Notes under the pieces: generated by a model
The model's database searches: none
What the model saw: the letters and a program-made list of their open reading frames with translations, nothing else
What the model was told of the DNA's origin: nothing
Source: Azolla caroliniana
Taxonomy: Eukaryota; Plantae; Polypodiophyta
Direction: 5' to 3'
Length of the DNA stretch: 64,000 nucleotides
Assembly: GCA_043228905.1 (NCBI GenBank)
Contig: JBHGNT010000004.1
Span: 2,294,001-2,358,000 of the forward strand
Position numbers and translations under genes: made by a program
In this document: in pieces, positions 25,200 through 39,735 of the stretch
Position numbering within the stretch: position 1 is the first letter of the stretch
How the letters are laid out: the number at the start of each line of letters is the position of its first letter

Positions 25200-27970
25200 A
25201 GACAGGCAAAGATCAAGGAATCACCCATCTGACAGTTAAGCTGACATTACCCACCTTACATCATAAATGCTTCTTAAAAGATAATGATTCGCTGAACGTA
25301 TTCTGCATGATAGATGGTATATGCTACAATCAATGCTAGGATCCATTGTTGAAATGTATCTTGTCAAACCGATTATATGATTCAACTCATCACACAACTA
25401 AGATACTAGTGGCCTTAACTCGCTCAATTGTTCGAAGGTTTGGTCGAATGCATCACATGTTTCACCTCATCATACATTACCAAAGTAGTCCCAGCTGCAG
25501 TTTCTTGAAACATATTTGACACAGCATCTCGGTAAACATGGCACAAACATTGACTGCAATTTGATAGAATTTCTCCAACAATCTGAAGCTTGCTGATATC
25601 TTCTGCTCTAATCTCGCCTGTATCATCAAAGAGTATGACTAGGATAAGAGATCAATCCAGCAGAAGTGGTTACCACTTGAACCAGTACCCATCTTCAGCA
25701 AAAAGGAAGGTCATTGTCCAATTTCGTGGGCATAAAATCTTTAGCCGTATCAAAGCCTCCAAGATATATACCTTCATGAATGACCATGCCGATCGACTTT
25801 AATTACTCCTGTCTTTTGTATAGATTATCTCAAGGAAATGCATTAAACTGAAAACTGGTGAACATCCAGTGTTCCCATATCCCCCAATCATCGTGCATGA
25901 GCTATATCCAGTGGGTATCTACAACAAGAACTATGCATACAACTGAAGCAGTAATGAGAAAATCTCCCTTCGCAGTTATAACTAGTTCATTACTCTTATG
26001 ATCTCCACAGATCATTATCTTGAATCAAGTCCTGAACAAACAAAAAATCACACACCTGATAAATGAAAGAAAAAAACACCAGAATATCGTAAGGTTTTGA
26101 AATTTACCCACGACCGTTTGGCTAGTACTAGATTTTGAAGGATGAAATTTTTATTTTGGGGAGAATTAGTAAAATAACCTGAACTTATTTTGATGTTCTC
26201 GCCAAAAAGAAAATAAAGCACAGTCAATGTCGGTGTTAGCCTCTGAGTAATTGTAAGAACATAGAATAGTGGTTATTAGTCTGCTGTAGTAAATTTGAGA
26301 ATGAATGACTACGTAATTATCAAATCACATGAATCCAAAACACATATGAAATGCCAAAACAATAAAGACTGATGTGAAGTTACGTTAGAATTATGTAGTT
26401 CATCCGATATGTCTCTAGGGATCTCTTGCTGAAGGCTTATGAAGGAAATTAAGCTTATGAATGAAGGATTCTAACAGGTGGATATAATCACGTCTTTCAG
26501 TATTTTGATTAAAACAGTTAAGTATTTAAGTTTTTCATTAAGATCATGGACATTGACTGTGCTCAGTTGGTTATATGAAGTAACTATCATCTGGTTAACT
26601 TCGAAACTCATCTTGATTCCAAAAGCTATGCATTTTATGCTTTTCATCAAATATGGAGAAACTCATACTAACACTCAATAGAGATTATAACAACATATAG
26701 TCGGCTTGAAAAATGAAATGTTTTATGGTAAAAGTATAAATCTTTAGGGTTTAGGGTTTAAACCTAATGTATGAAATAACATCTAAAATACAAATTCGAA
26801 TTTCAATGCTCCATGACTTACATTCCTAGGTTAAAATTTAGAAATGGAGCTCATAAAAATTCTTTCTCAAAGCATAAACTTACATCATATTTCACCAAAT
26901 AAACCATGAACCCAACCGTATGCATAGAAAAGAAAAGAAAAACGTCAAATCTATGCCATTATTCATCAGATAAACCTTAGTTCTTAAAACTTTACCAAAA
27001 CTCACTTCACATTACATCAAATAAACCACGAAAACCTACAAGGTTCACAAACCTCTTAAAACATAAAAACTTTTTCAAGCCATTCTCAAAACATAAAAAT
27101 CATATTTCATAATGTAAATAAAGAAACCAATAAAGGCAAATAAAAAGAAAAAGGAAAAGAAGTAAAATCCATAGAAGACTTCAACCTTTTCCTTTGTTTG
27201 CAAGCAACCACATTCTTGAAACATGAACAACATTTCATCATGAGTAATGAGAAACTAATGAGATCTATAAAAAAGAGTAGAACTTGTACCACACTTCATC
27301 ATAACCTTTTTATTTTCCACAACCAAAAACAATCTCAAAACATAAAAAGAAACTAAGAAACCAATAATGTTTATAAAACTCTGAAATTATTTGCAAACAG
27401 TGATTCTCAAAACATAAAACTTGAAATACATTTCACTATATAAACCTAGAGACCATCAGAAAAGTGAAATCCACACCAAGAAACAAAAAAAAAGGCAAAA
27501 CCCATATCACATTTCAATATATAAATCGGGAAACCAAAAATATCTCTAAAAATAAATGCACAATCCATATCAGATTCCACTATATACACCAAGATGCTAA
27601 TATCAACAACATCTATAAAAGAAACGCAAAATCTGAGGCACATTTCATCATTTAAACCAAGAAACAAACAACAGCAATACAGATTTGAAAAAAAATTAAG
27701 CACCATTTAAATCAAAATCATTTAAACCAAGAACCCAACAAGATAAATGAACGTTTGAAAACAAATTTCAATTTCAGTTCTTTTTAACACAGCTCCAATG
27801 AGAGTGAAACGAAACTCCAACCTTGCAAGAGGAGTTGAGAGAAACAGGGGGATAGTATCAAAAGATACCACTACCATTACTGCACCAAAGAGAAGTGATC
27901 CCCTCTTCTCTAACAATCCTGCAGAGGCGATGGGGCGAGCCTTTGTATCAAGTGTAATAGGCGGCACCAC
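25200..27970 (-). ncRNA. Candidate spliced non-coding or pseudogene transcript (two exons; ends approximate)
   Basis: Donor CAAG|GTTGGA at ~27822. A ~1.8-kb U-rich (minus-strand) intron-like block ends in acceptor TTTTTTGTTTGTTCAG at ~26032. The flanks have exon-like composition but no intact long ORF. Confidence 0.35.
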
Positions 27971-29691
27971 ACATTATTACCAAATTTCTGTACATATTTG
28001 TTTTCCCCTCGCACCAGTGACGAATCACGATGGAACATGCCTAGCGCATGTCTCTTCTCGGTATCTCACCATACTTAGTTGGCTTCCATGGATATCTCAT
28101 AGTTGCATTTCTATTTCTAATCAGAGTATTTGATATCCACATATATTTGCAATGCTTGATCAATGACATCTCTTTTTAGTGCATTGTAATGGAAACTCAA
28201 AAAAGAACGCGGAAAATAAAGTGTTATGAAAAGGCCGAAGCTCCAGCTTATAAGGGGGTTTGGTTTGAGTCAATAAAATGCATATACCTTCCCTTCACAA
28301 TGTGAGCGATGATAGCTCTACATTGCTTCTTTCAGGATGTTCATATGCAAGAGGGGTTCTAGTTGTTTGGTATTGTGTTTGGAAACTTGTAGTATTTACT
28401 AATATCATAGTATTTTCTGATTCTTACTATTATATAGATCATTGACACTTGCAAACATGATAAAATACACGCATTCCATGAACCAAACAACAATTAGTTC
28501 AAACATGCATATCTTTTTCATGACATTTCAAAACGAAGTCCAAACAATTTGTGATCAATGGTAATGGAAACTGTAAAAACACAAGATTATGCTTACACAA
28601 ATGTTTACCCAATAAAGCCTTGAGATTCTAACGTCATTGACAATTGCATCCTCTAAGATTCAAGGGTTGCCTAGTTATCACCATTGCTGAGTTAAAAAAA
28701 CAAGTATGACACACCATCTATATATGTATTGCTTGTTGGAAAATTGAATTTAGCCATTAACATTGCCTCATTGAAAACCAAGTCAAAACTTTGAGAGCCT
28801 AGTTTCAAAGACATTACAAGGCTTATTTTCATGACATCAGAGTGCATTGATCTCTAACTAAAATTACCTTCAACATTTATGCAAACTATAATTGATCTCA
28901 TTCAGCATACATAGCTCAATAGTTGCAAGTTGAATTTATAGTCTAGGTTATATTATTCATCAATATATCAAATTATATATTCTTGATCTGCAAATGAGAT
29001 ATTATAATACACTCATATTAAGAAAATCCACCCCCCATATTATAATAACACTCATATTGAGGAAATTCATCAATATCTCAAATTACACTCATAATAAGGG
29101 AATAAACTGGCATGAGATAGTACTCTTATTTGCTTGTACATGGTACACCATACTTCATTATCAAATAAAAATCACTAATAACAATAATGAAAAGACACTC
29201 TATCATATACTTTGACACATAAGAATTCAGATTATATGCACATCATGTATTTATTTATTTGTTCTTTTGTTTTCATTCAGTGTTTGCATGTTCATGGAGG
29301 TACACAGACTAGTGGGCATTTCAATTAGCTAGGACAGTGAGTTTCTCTATTATCATCTTTTCACAAAATCCACAGAAATTGAGAAATATGGAGACCTCTA
29401 AGGCAGCCACACAGAAACATTGATATGATTGAAGCGTTTTTGCTGACACAAGTTGATTAGACTGAATAATGATGGTTTACGTTTGCTTTCTTAATATGGT
29501 TGAAAAATAAGATGGAGAAATTTACAATCAAGTCTTCATATGCTTTCATCATTAGTTCAGAAACATGTTAATTTCCAACAAATGACTGTCAATGTGATCT
29601 ATTATCTCATATTAGTACAAATGGAAGTTACCATTCAGATTGACGAATTCTATTCTATAATTGAAGAAACGGTGTATAAAACATAAACCTT

Positions 29692-32345
<2,654 letters not shown>

Positions 32346-32384
32346 GGTTGTAGCGTCCCTTCTTCCGCTTCAAACTGCGATTCT

Positions 32385-32423
<39 letters not shown>

Positions 32424-32487
32424 GGAGAGAGAGATTTCAAAAATCGAGCATAGAACGAAGAGAGCTTCTCTAAGTAAGGCCATCATG

Positions 32488-32825
32488 TTTACATACATAC
32501 ATGCATGCATACATACATGCGTTACATACACACACACACATACATACATGCATGCATGCATGCATTACATACACACACATACATGCATACATACATACAT
32601 ACATGCATGCATGCATGCATTACATACACACACACACACACATGCATGCATGCATACATACATACTGTCTAACTATACATACATGCATGCATTATAGACA
32701 CACACACACACACACATGCATACATAATACATACATACCTGTCTAACTATACATACATACATACATACATGTCTAACTATACATACATGCATACATACAT
32801 ATACATACATGCATGCATGCATTGT
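32488..32825. repeat. Compound TACA/TGCA/CA simple repeat upstream of NRPB9
   Basis: Runs of catacata, catgcatg and cacaca. Confidence 0.85.
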
Positions 32826-33049
32826 TACACACATTCGTGCCTATCTGCTACCAATTCATAAAGATGCTTGGTGAGGGAATCGAAATCACACACACGACCT
32901 GCACCCGTCAGATCGTTATCCAAAAAAACATGACTCTGACAGCCTTTGTCACCAAGAGCCCGACTTTCTGACAACCTCTATCACCAAGAGCCCAACCGAC
33001 TCAAGGAAGGAGCCTGACTCAAAGCTTGACATCAAAAAACTTGTAAGTG

Positions 33050-34050
33050 TTAAAAAGATATAAATGTGTGTATATGTGTATCCTATTACCAAAAACTAGA
33101 AATGTATATGTTCTTTCGTCCAAAAAAATTCCATGGCATTCGATCAAAATCTTTGTCGTGTTTTTATATGAAGAAAGTTTTTTTTTTTTCCATAAAACAT
33201 ATGCTCCATTGGTATTAATAAAAGGCCACAAGCACTATACAAATAGTACATAATATTGTTTCATCTCCACAAATATATATTATCCAAAACTAGACCAAAT
33301 ATAAGCTTTGGCATTTGGCAAGATAATGATAATTATAATCCATGAATACAACTCTCAACCTTGCCAATAATACCTTTGCTACGTCGAGCTAGAAGAACAC
33401 CTATAAATTTATCTCCATGGCAACCTTGTGCATAGCTTTAGGGTCATGACTATTCCCACCACATTTTCATGATGGTGGTCAAGCCGTGACAAAGTGACGT
33501 GATTTTTAGGTTAGATATGGGTTTTACAAATCACTTGGAGGATTAACGAGTTCATGTTGAACTTCGATTGTGTTCTTAGACTCAATGTATTAGTCATGAT
33601 CCCATCCTTGGAGGTTCTATAATGATTGTGATTAAACCCCTTAAAGAAATTTCCATGGGCTTATACATAAGTCATTTTTTGAGGGTTATAAGACCTTATA
33701 CGAGGTCTTGTATGCAAAACTATTTGAGGTTGGACTTTATGATGGTACAATGATGCAAGGAGTTTTTCATCTATTGCCAAGGCAACATGAATTTGTGTTC
33801 TCTTGAAAAGATACTTCAAACATCTTACTTGGCTTTGGGTTTTCATAAACAACGTTAAAAACTATTTCGTTATTTCGCATACGCTAGAGCTATGTTGATG
33901 GGCATACTTTGCGATATAAATGTTATCCATCTAGTACTTATTAACATGTCTAAGAGGTGTCATTATGAAAGCAAACCTATGATTCTTTACTTTTCAAGCA
34001 AGCTTTATCTAAGAACATTTCAACTTCGCGTTCACTAGCATATCATCCAT
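33050..34050 (-). mobile_element. Decayed LINE RT remnant
   Basis: Minus-strand fragments GLITII and *LDVAK resemble the LINE RT motifs GLIKLIPK and LKLDFAKAY; heavily interrupted. Confidence 0.35.
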
Positions 34051-34380
34051 GGTGAGGTTATAGTTCTATTTCTGCCATTTAATCAAATACATACCAATAG
34101 TGGAGACTATTTTCTTTGTCATATATATTATTTCTACAAAAACACAAATTTGGCATTTATGAGGGAGAGAAAGAGAGATCATCATTATCATGATAATGAT
34201 ATATTTTGGACTTGGAGAGGGGTAACATGAACAATGGGACCCACAAAACATCATAATAGGGTCTCTTGTGCGAAGCAATTGCAGATATGGCACAACTAGT
34301 TCATATATTTTCCATTAGGTTGCTCATGTGATTAAGTTGGCCAATTTTGGTATATGAGACAAATCATATGTACAAAGGTT

Positions 34381-34799
34381 TTTATTCACTATTAGAAATG
34401 TTGCAAAATAACAACATTAGAAGGACACTAATGAAATATAAACTCCTAGTACAAGAACATTAAAGTGTTGCAACTGCAATGCCTATGCATTTAAGGTGGT
34501 AAAATGATAAATGCAACTAAAATCTTACTAACTTCAACTCATATCAATTAGAGTATGTATAGAATGCATTACATGGGTAGGCATGCGTGAAGGTGTTTAT
34601 TCACTATTAGAAATGTTGCAAAATAACAACATTAGAATGACACTAATGGAATTTAAACTCCTAGTACAAGAACATTAAAGTGTTGCAAATGCAATGCATA
34701 TGCATTTAAGGTGGTAAATGATGAATGCAACTAAAATCTTACTAACCTCAACTCATATCAATTAGAGTATGTATAGAATGCATTACATGGGTGGCTTGC
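34381..34799. repeat. Tandem duplication, ~215-bp unit, 2 copies
   Basis: TTTATTCACTATTAGAAATGTTGC...CATTACATGGGT starts at 34381 and 34596. Confidence 0.9.
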
Positions 34800-34988
34800 A
34801 TTAACATCAACCTCTCATGGGCAATATGGGAGTATCTTTATCTAATTTCCTCACATTGTCTACAATGAAGTTTTGAGTCCTCATGTCTTGAGATTATAGT
34901 CATCCCCATACTTAATGGTTTGCAAATGTGATTAGACCCATCTTCTATCCTGAGGATATAACTCTGTAGACATATGTTGGGTCCATAT

Positions 34989-34992
<4 letters not shown>

Positions 34993-35027
<35 letters not shown>

Positions 35028-35700
35028 ATTATCATCTTTGGAGGTCAAATATGACCTATGAGACAAAAAATGTTACATTTCACCATAATACGTGTGAAAG
35101 TGAGTAACGACTCTCGATGTTTAAGAACTTTCCCAATGAATGTTGCAATCGAGAGTGCACCTTGTGGTTGTGAGAGAAATTCATGCAAGGATTGGGTTTG
35201 GTTCAAGATGTGTTGAAAGCATAGTCGAATAAAATCAAAGGTTTGGCATTGTATCAAAATGTGATACTTAGACTCTCGAACTTGTTTAGGGAAAATTATA
35301 CATAATCGACCACTCTCATCACTTGTGCCCCTATGCCCTGTCTCACATCGCAATGCATGTGAGCTAAGTCGCATGGAAGCAATGTTTAGGATGGCAGACA
35401 ATGAGATGGGCTCTAACATGTATTGATGTATCTGATTTCACTATTCGGCGAAGAAGTATAATGTGTGGAGCGTGAGCCTCTACATTTGTCCCATGTCATG
35501 ATATATGGGCATTGGAAAAATGCATCATTTACAGAGGAATCTAGTGATGCATCTTGAAGCAAGTGTGGTGCATTCCATCTGCCAAACCAATTTTCCACAT
35601 CTTACATCCAACCGGCATACAAAATTATGCTTTTATGCATCTTTTGGATCTTCTTTTAACCATAAGCATGTATTTAACAACCCTTTCCATGGCCATGATC
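34993..35700 (-). mobile_element. 3' end of a LINE (C-terminal Zn-finger region) ending at a (CT)n tract
   Basis: ASMRLSSHALRCETGH..RLC....VRESKYHILIQC..FDFIR is the RLSSHxL..E..H...C pattern of LINE ORF2 C-termini. A GA/CT microsatellite lies at 34993-35022. Confidence 0.65.
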
Positions 35701-37166
35701 TCAATGGGAAGTGATCCCACCTCAAGTTAGGGGAGGGTGTATGGTGTTTGTTTCTTAGCTTGTAGAAACGTTGTAAGAAAATGTTTTTGGATATCTTCAA
35801 ACTCTTTCCAAGTAGATTCAAGGATGTTATCACTCCATACTTCCACCAAAGAGAGAGAGAGAGAGAATAACAATAATCTTCTAACATCACCAAAGGTTCA
35901 TAGATAGGAGCTATAGAACCCAAAAAGAACATGCAAGGGCTCAGTTGATAAAAAGGGTGTACCCACATGTGGTTTTTGAATTTTCTTCTTGTCACTCATA
36001 TCCTTGAGTAAAGAACACACATGTGCCAAAGAGATAGGGCTAGCGTGATTGATTTGGAGAAGTTGCGCAAGGTTGGTGCATCTAGTAATTGATTATGGGA
36101 AACATTGGTGTATGGATATGGATGCTTTACATATTCCAAGCCTCATTTTGGATAACGAACTTGTGAATATGATTGCAAAGGAGGGTGATTGGATTTCTTC
36201 CATTAAAAAACATGGATGTGTGATGTCATTAATTGCAACTTGTCAATTTCTTATAGGCATCACACCTTGTTAGGTAATGTTAGTTAATAGTATTGCAATG
36301 GAATACTTGTTACATTTGGATGTGAATGCATGATTCAATGTCCACCTCAAAGCATGTCCTCAAACAAGTTGGTCATGTCTTGCCACATTCTGTCTCAAGC
36401 CTTAGAGAGGGCAAAAAAACTTCATTTTAGAGCAGTTTATCATTTAGAGAGGTACCAAATCTTTGAATTCTTTAACTTCAGCCACATATGGCTATAGACC
36501 CTCATGATGCCCTTCATTTCATTCAGTCTCATGGATTAAGTACCCTGGAGTACATACTTGAGAGAAAACTTGAACCATCAACCAATAGTCTGGATTCAAG
36601 CATGTTTCTAAGCAATCCATCTAGCCTCAATTTATTTTTGTGCTTTGGCCACACTTCTAGCACTACATGCATAATATTTGCCATCAAGAAAACTTCTTTG
36701 AAGTGAGTGGGTATATTTGTGGCAAGTGATGTGGGAGTCTTATCTTATTTTATAGGCATACCACATTTATACATCAAACACAACACATTGTTGAGCACAA
36801 ATATAATACATCATAAAACAGTCATTTGCAATAGATATGAAATTGTGCTTATTTCAGCAATCTCCGCACACTGTTGCTAAAGATAAGTTGCTTTGTTGTT
36901 GATGGTCAAGTATAGTAAACAATAATATTACCATTTTCAAGCATATATATAGTTTAAGGGGGGGTACATAGACCGTCCTTGATCCATCATTCATGCATAG
37001 AGTAAGGCTGAAATTGACCATCCTTGAATCATTTTCTTTACAAAAATATAAACTAATTGTGCATATGGAGGAGTTCATTGTACACTAAAAAGTTTATTCA
37101 AAAATTTAACGATGGTGAGGTATGAAACCAGATGTCTATTGTGGCTTATCACTCCACTTTTCTAAG

Positions 37167-39735
37167 TTATGGCTTATCCTGAGAAGGTTCAGGTTGCTTG
37201 GATGACAAGATTTTTTCTTCTACTTCAGCATCGGCACCTAATAGCAACTACAATTGCAATGGAGATGGATGTTTTTGCATGTTGAATCCAATTAGAAAGC
37301 AGATGTACACATTGCATCATGTGAAAAGAGACAAAAAAACAAGATAAGAAAAGATTTTTCTAATTACCTCATAACATGTGATCAAGGAGGTTATGAAACC
37401 AAATGCTCCAATCACCCGGGGAGTCACTCTCTTAGGACTAAGTTGAAGAAGACCGATTCCAACAACTATATCCATAGATGACTTGATAAGAATACGAACA
37501 TTCTCATATCGTTGATGAGTCTCATTTTCCTATATAAGAATGCCACACATCAGAAAGGTACTCATTTAAGAAGGGTTTGGATGGTGTAATAATACGACAA
37601 GGCATAAACCATCAACTTTTTGTATCATTCCATCATCCAAAAAAAAACACTTACAAAAACTTTAGTAATTCGATCATTCTGAAAAACTTGCCACACATCA
37701 CAACAGTATTCAGAAAAACACTTACAAAAACTTCCATAATTCGATCATTCTGAAAAACTTTATTAACATGCAAAGATCCAAAAATATTTCTGAAAGGTCA
37801 CACATTACAAATGAGACATTGAACAAGCCTCAAGGGTTGGATAATAAACACATGGCATGGCATGACATTAATCATCAAGAAGCACATATAAAACCACTTC
37901 TTTGCCTTAATCATGAGCATTCAAGAAATATTTCCATTAAACAAATTTGGTTGGACTACTTACATTCAACTTGCCTTTTCTTATCAGTACAATCAGCTGA
38001 TATAACTGCATTCAAAAGTATCAAACACAACATAACTTTCACTCTCAAAAAGCAAACTTTTCAAACTAAAAGCATAAAAGCAAAGAACAAAGATTCACTA
38101 CCTCTGCTATTGAGCTTGCAGTGCAACCACCCACAAAGAAATACAATGATATTTTGGAAATTAGATCGACGTGCTTTTTATCCTGTGTTTTGAAAAAGGA
38201 ATATGTTTTTGTTACATGTTTACACTGGCTTCATCAATATTGTGGTCAAATCTCACATCAGAATTGGTAGGAAGGTGAGTTTTGAACCTTGAAGAGGCCA
38301 ACCTTCCCTGCCCAGACCAAATTATCTAGTGCGAAATAAGTAGCCATGAAAACGTGCTTTGACTGTGAAAAAAAAAAGAGATGGAGAAAGTATAAGCAAT
38401 ACAATAGCATTTGACTTCCCACATAATTTACTTGAAAACTATGATACCATTTCTTTCTTCTTATTTCCTTTAATTCAAACCATTTATGATGAATAAAGTA
38501 ACACGTGCCTTGTAAAACATCATTGGCAAATGGTGATCATGTAGATCGCTTGGTCCTAATACGCTATCCAGTTCATTGCTCGACTGCCATTAGCAGTTAA
38601 ATTAGTTGCATTTAAGACACCATTTCTTTGTTTTCTTTTCCTTTAACTTAAACTATTCTGGTGAATAAGGTAACACATGCCTTGTCCAGCTCGTGTAGAT
38701 CACTCAGTCGTAGTAAGCCATCCAGTTCATTGATTGACTGCCACCAACAGTTAAATTAGTTGCATGTAAGAAGACAGTCAGCATACTGAAATCGTGTGTG
38801 TGTGTGGCGCGCACACTCACAAATACATATACATATATCCTGATAATAGATGTACTTGTAAGTTGTAATATATGTAGTATATTGCATAGATGCATCTAAA
38901 TATATATATACGTATATAACATATATAATATATACATGCATTATTAAATTTTCGAAACATTCATTTTCCTTTGCAACTAAGATGTAGCAAGGCTTTTCAT
39001 TTTTCCTTTACTATTATTATACACAAGTTAATTATGAATTCTCAATAGTTTCTTAAAATCTTGAGGATTCTATATAGCTTCTCCCTTTCCAATCTTGTCT
39101 TTCCTTTAGTGAATTCCTTGAGTATTTTGAAGATTTACGAGATCCGAAAGAGAAGGAAACAAAACATAAAAAATACCTCTAATTTCTCAGATATTTACCA
39201 GAATATCCTTTCAAATTTTCAAAACTACCAGAATAACTCATCTGTAGTATAAAATGTACAGCTACATGGAGGTATTCTGGTAAACCTTGAAAATATAAGG
39301 GTATTCTGGTAAATATCCAAAAGTTAGAAGTATTATAATGCCGTTTTTTCTCCCAAACAAAAAAGCTTGGGGTAGTTTGGTTTTTCGGTAAACTTTTTAC
39401 CTTGAGTATTAAATGTACAACGACATGGAGGTATTCTCATAAATCTTGAAAACCTAGGGATATTCTAGTAAATATCCAAAAGCTAGGAGTATTATGTTGG
39501 TGATTTTTCCCCCAAAACAAGAAATCTGGGGTTATTTTGGTGTTTTTTGTAAGCGTCAGACCTTGAGGAGACGGAAAACCTTGCGAGCTAATGTGGTTGA
39601 TGAATCAATATCATGTGCAACTCCTTTCCCTTCAGTGGAAAATTTGGCACCATACTGGATGGCACGGCAGATATTGTCCCTCGCCTCTACATGGCTTAGA
39701 AACTGAGAAATCGTAGCTAGCCTTCTTCTCAACAT
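37167..39735 (-). CDS. PEX11: Peroxin PEX11 (c/d/e clade); exons 39735-39562, [38737-38681 and/or 38583-38509], 38362-38288, 38182-38102, 38005-37964, 37529-37368, 37247-37167; 229 aa using exon 38583-38509 alone
   Basis: Hand-spliced, all phase 0: ..EARDNICRAIQYGAKF..TTLARKVFRLLK / SSNELDSVLGPSDLHDHHLPMMFYK / SKHVFMATYFALDNLVWAGKVGLFK / DKKHVDLISKISLYFFVGG.. / LYQLIVLIRKGKLN / ..MDIVVGIGLLQLSPKRVTPRVIGAFGFITSLITCYE / LLLG..QDKP*. Matches the plant PEX11c-e motifs EARDKICRAIQY, LARKVFRLFK and GLLQLAPKKVTPRVTGAFGF. Confidence 0.9.
39172..39548. mobile_element. MITE-like foldback (39172-39334) with a tandem copy of its right arm (39411-39548) in PEX11 intron 1
   Basis: AATACCTCT..GATATTTACCAGAAT..TACCAGAATAACTC is the inverse of GAGGTATTCTGGTA..GTATTCTGGTAAATATC..AGAAGTATT. 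Confidence 0.6.

Noticed and set aside
27815-27865. TAS3-like locus (miR390-site-like GATACTATCCCCCTG and tasiARF-like ACCTTGCAAGA)
   Set aside because: The segment that must pair with the miR390 5' end (CCTGAGCTT) is mismatched, the tasiARF-like match is only ~11 nt and on the opposite strand, and no second site is visible.
35750-37000. Possible gypsy RNase H/integrase remnant
   Set aside because: Only vague motif resemblance; family and boundaries cannot be supported by eye.
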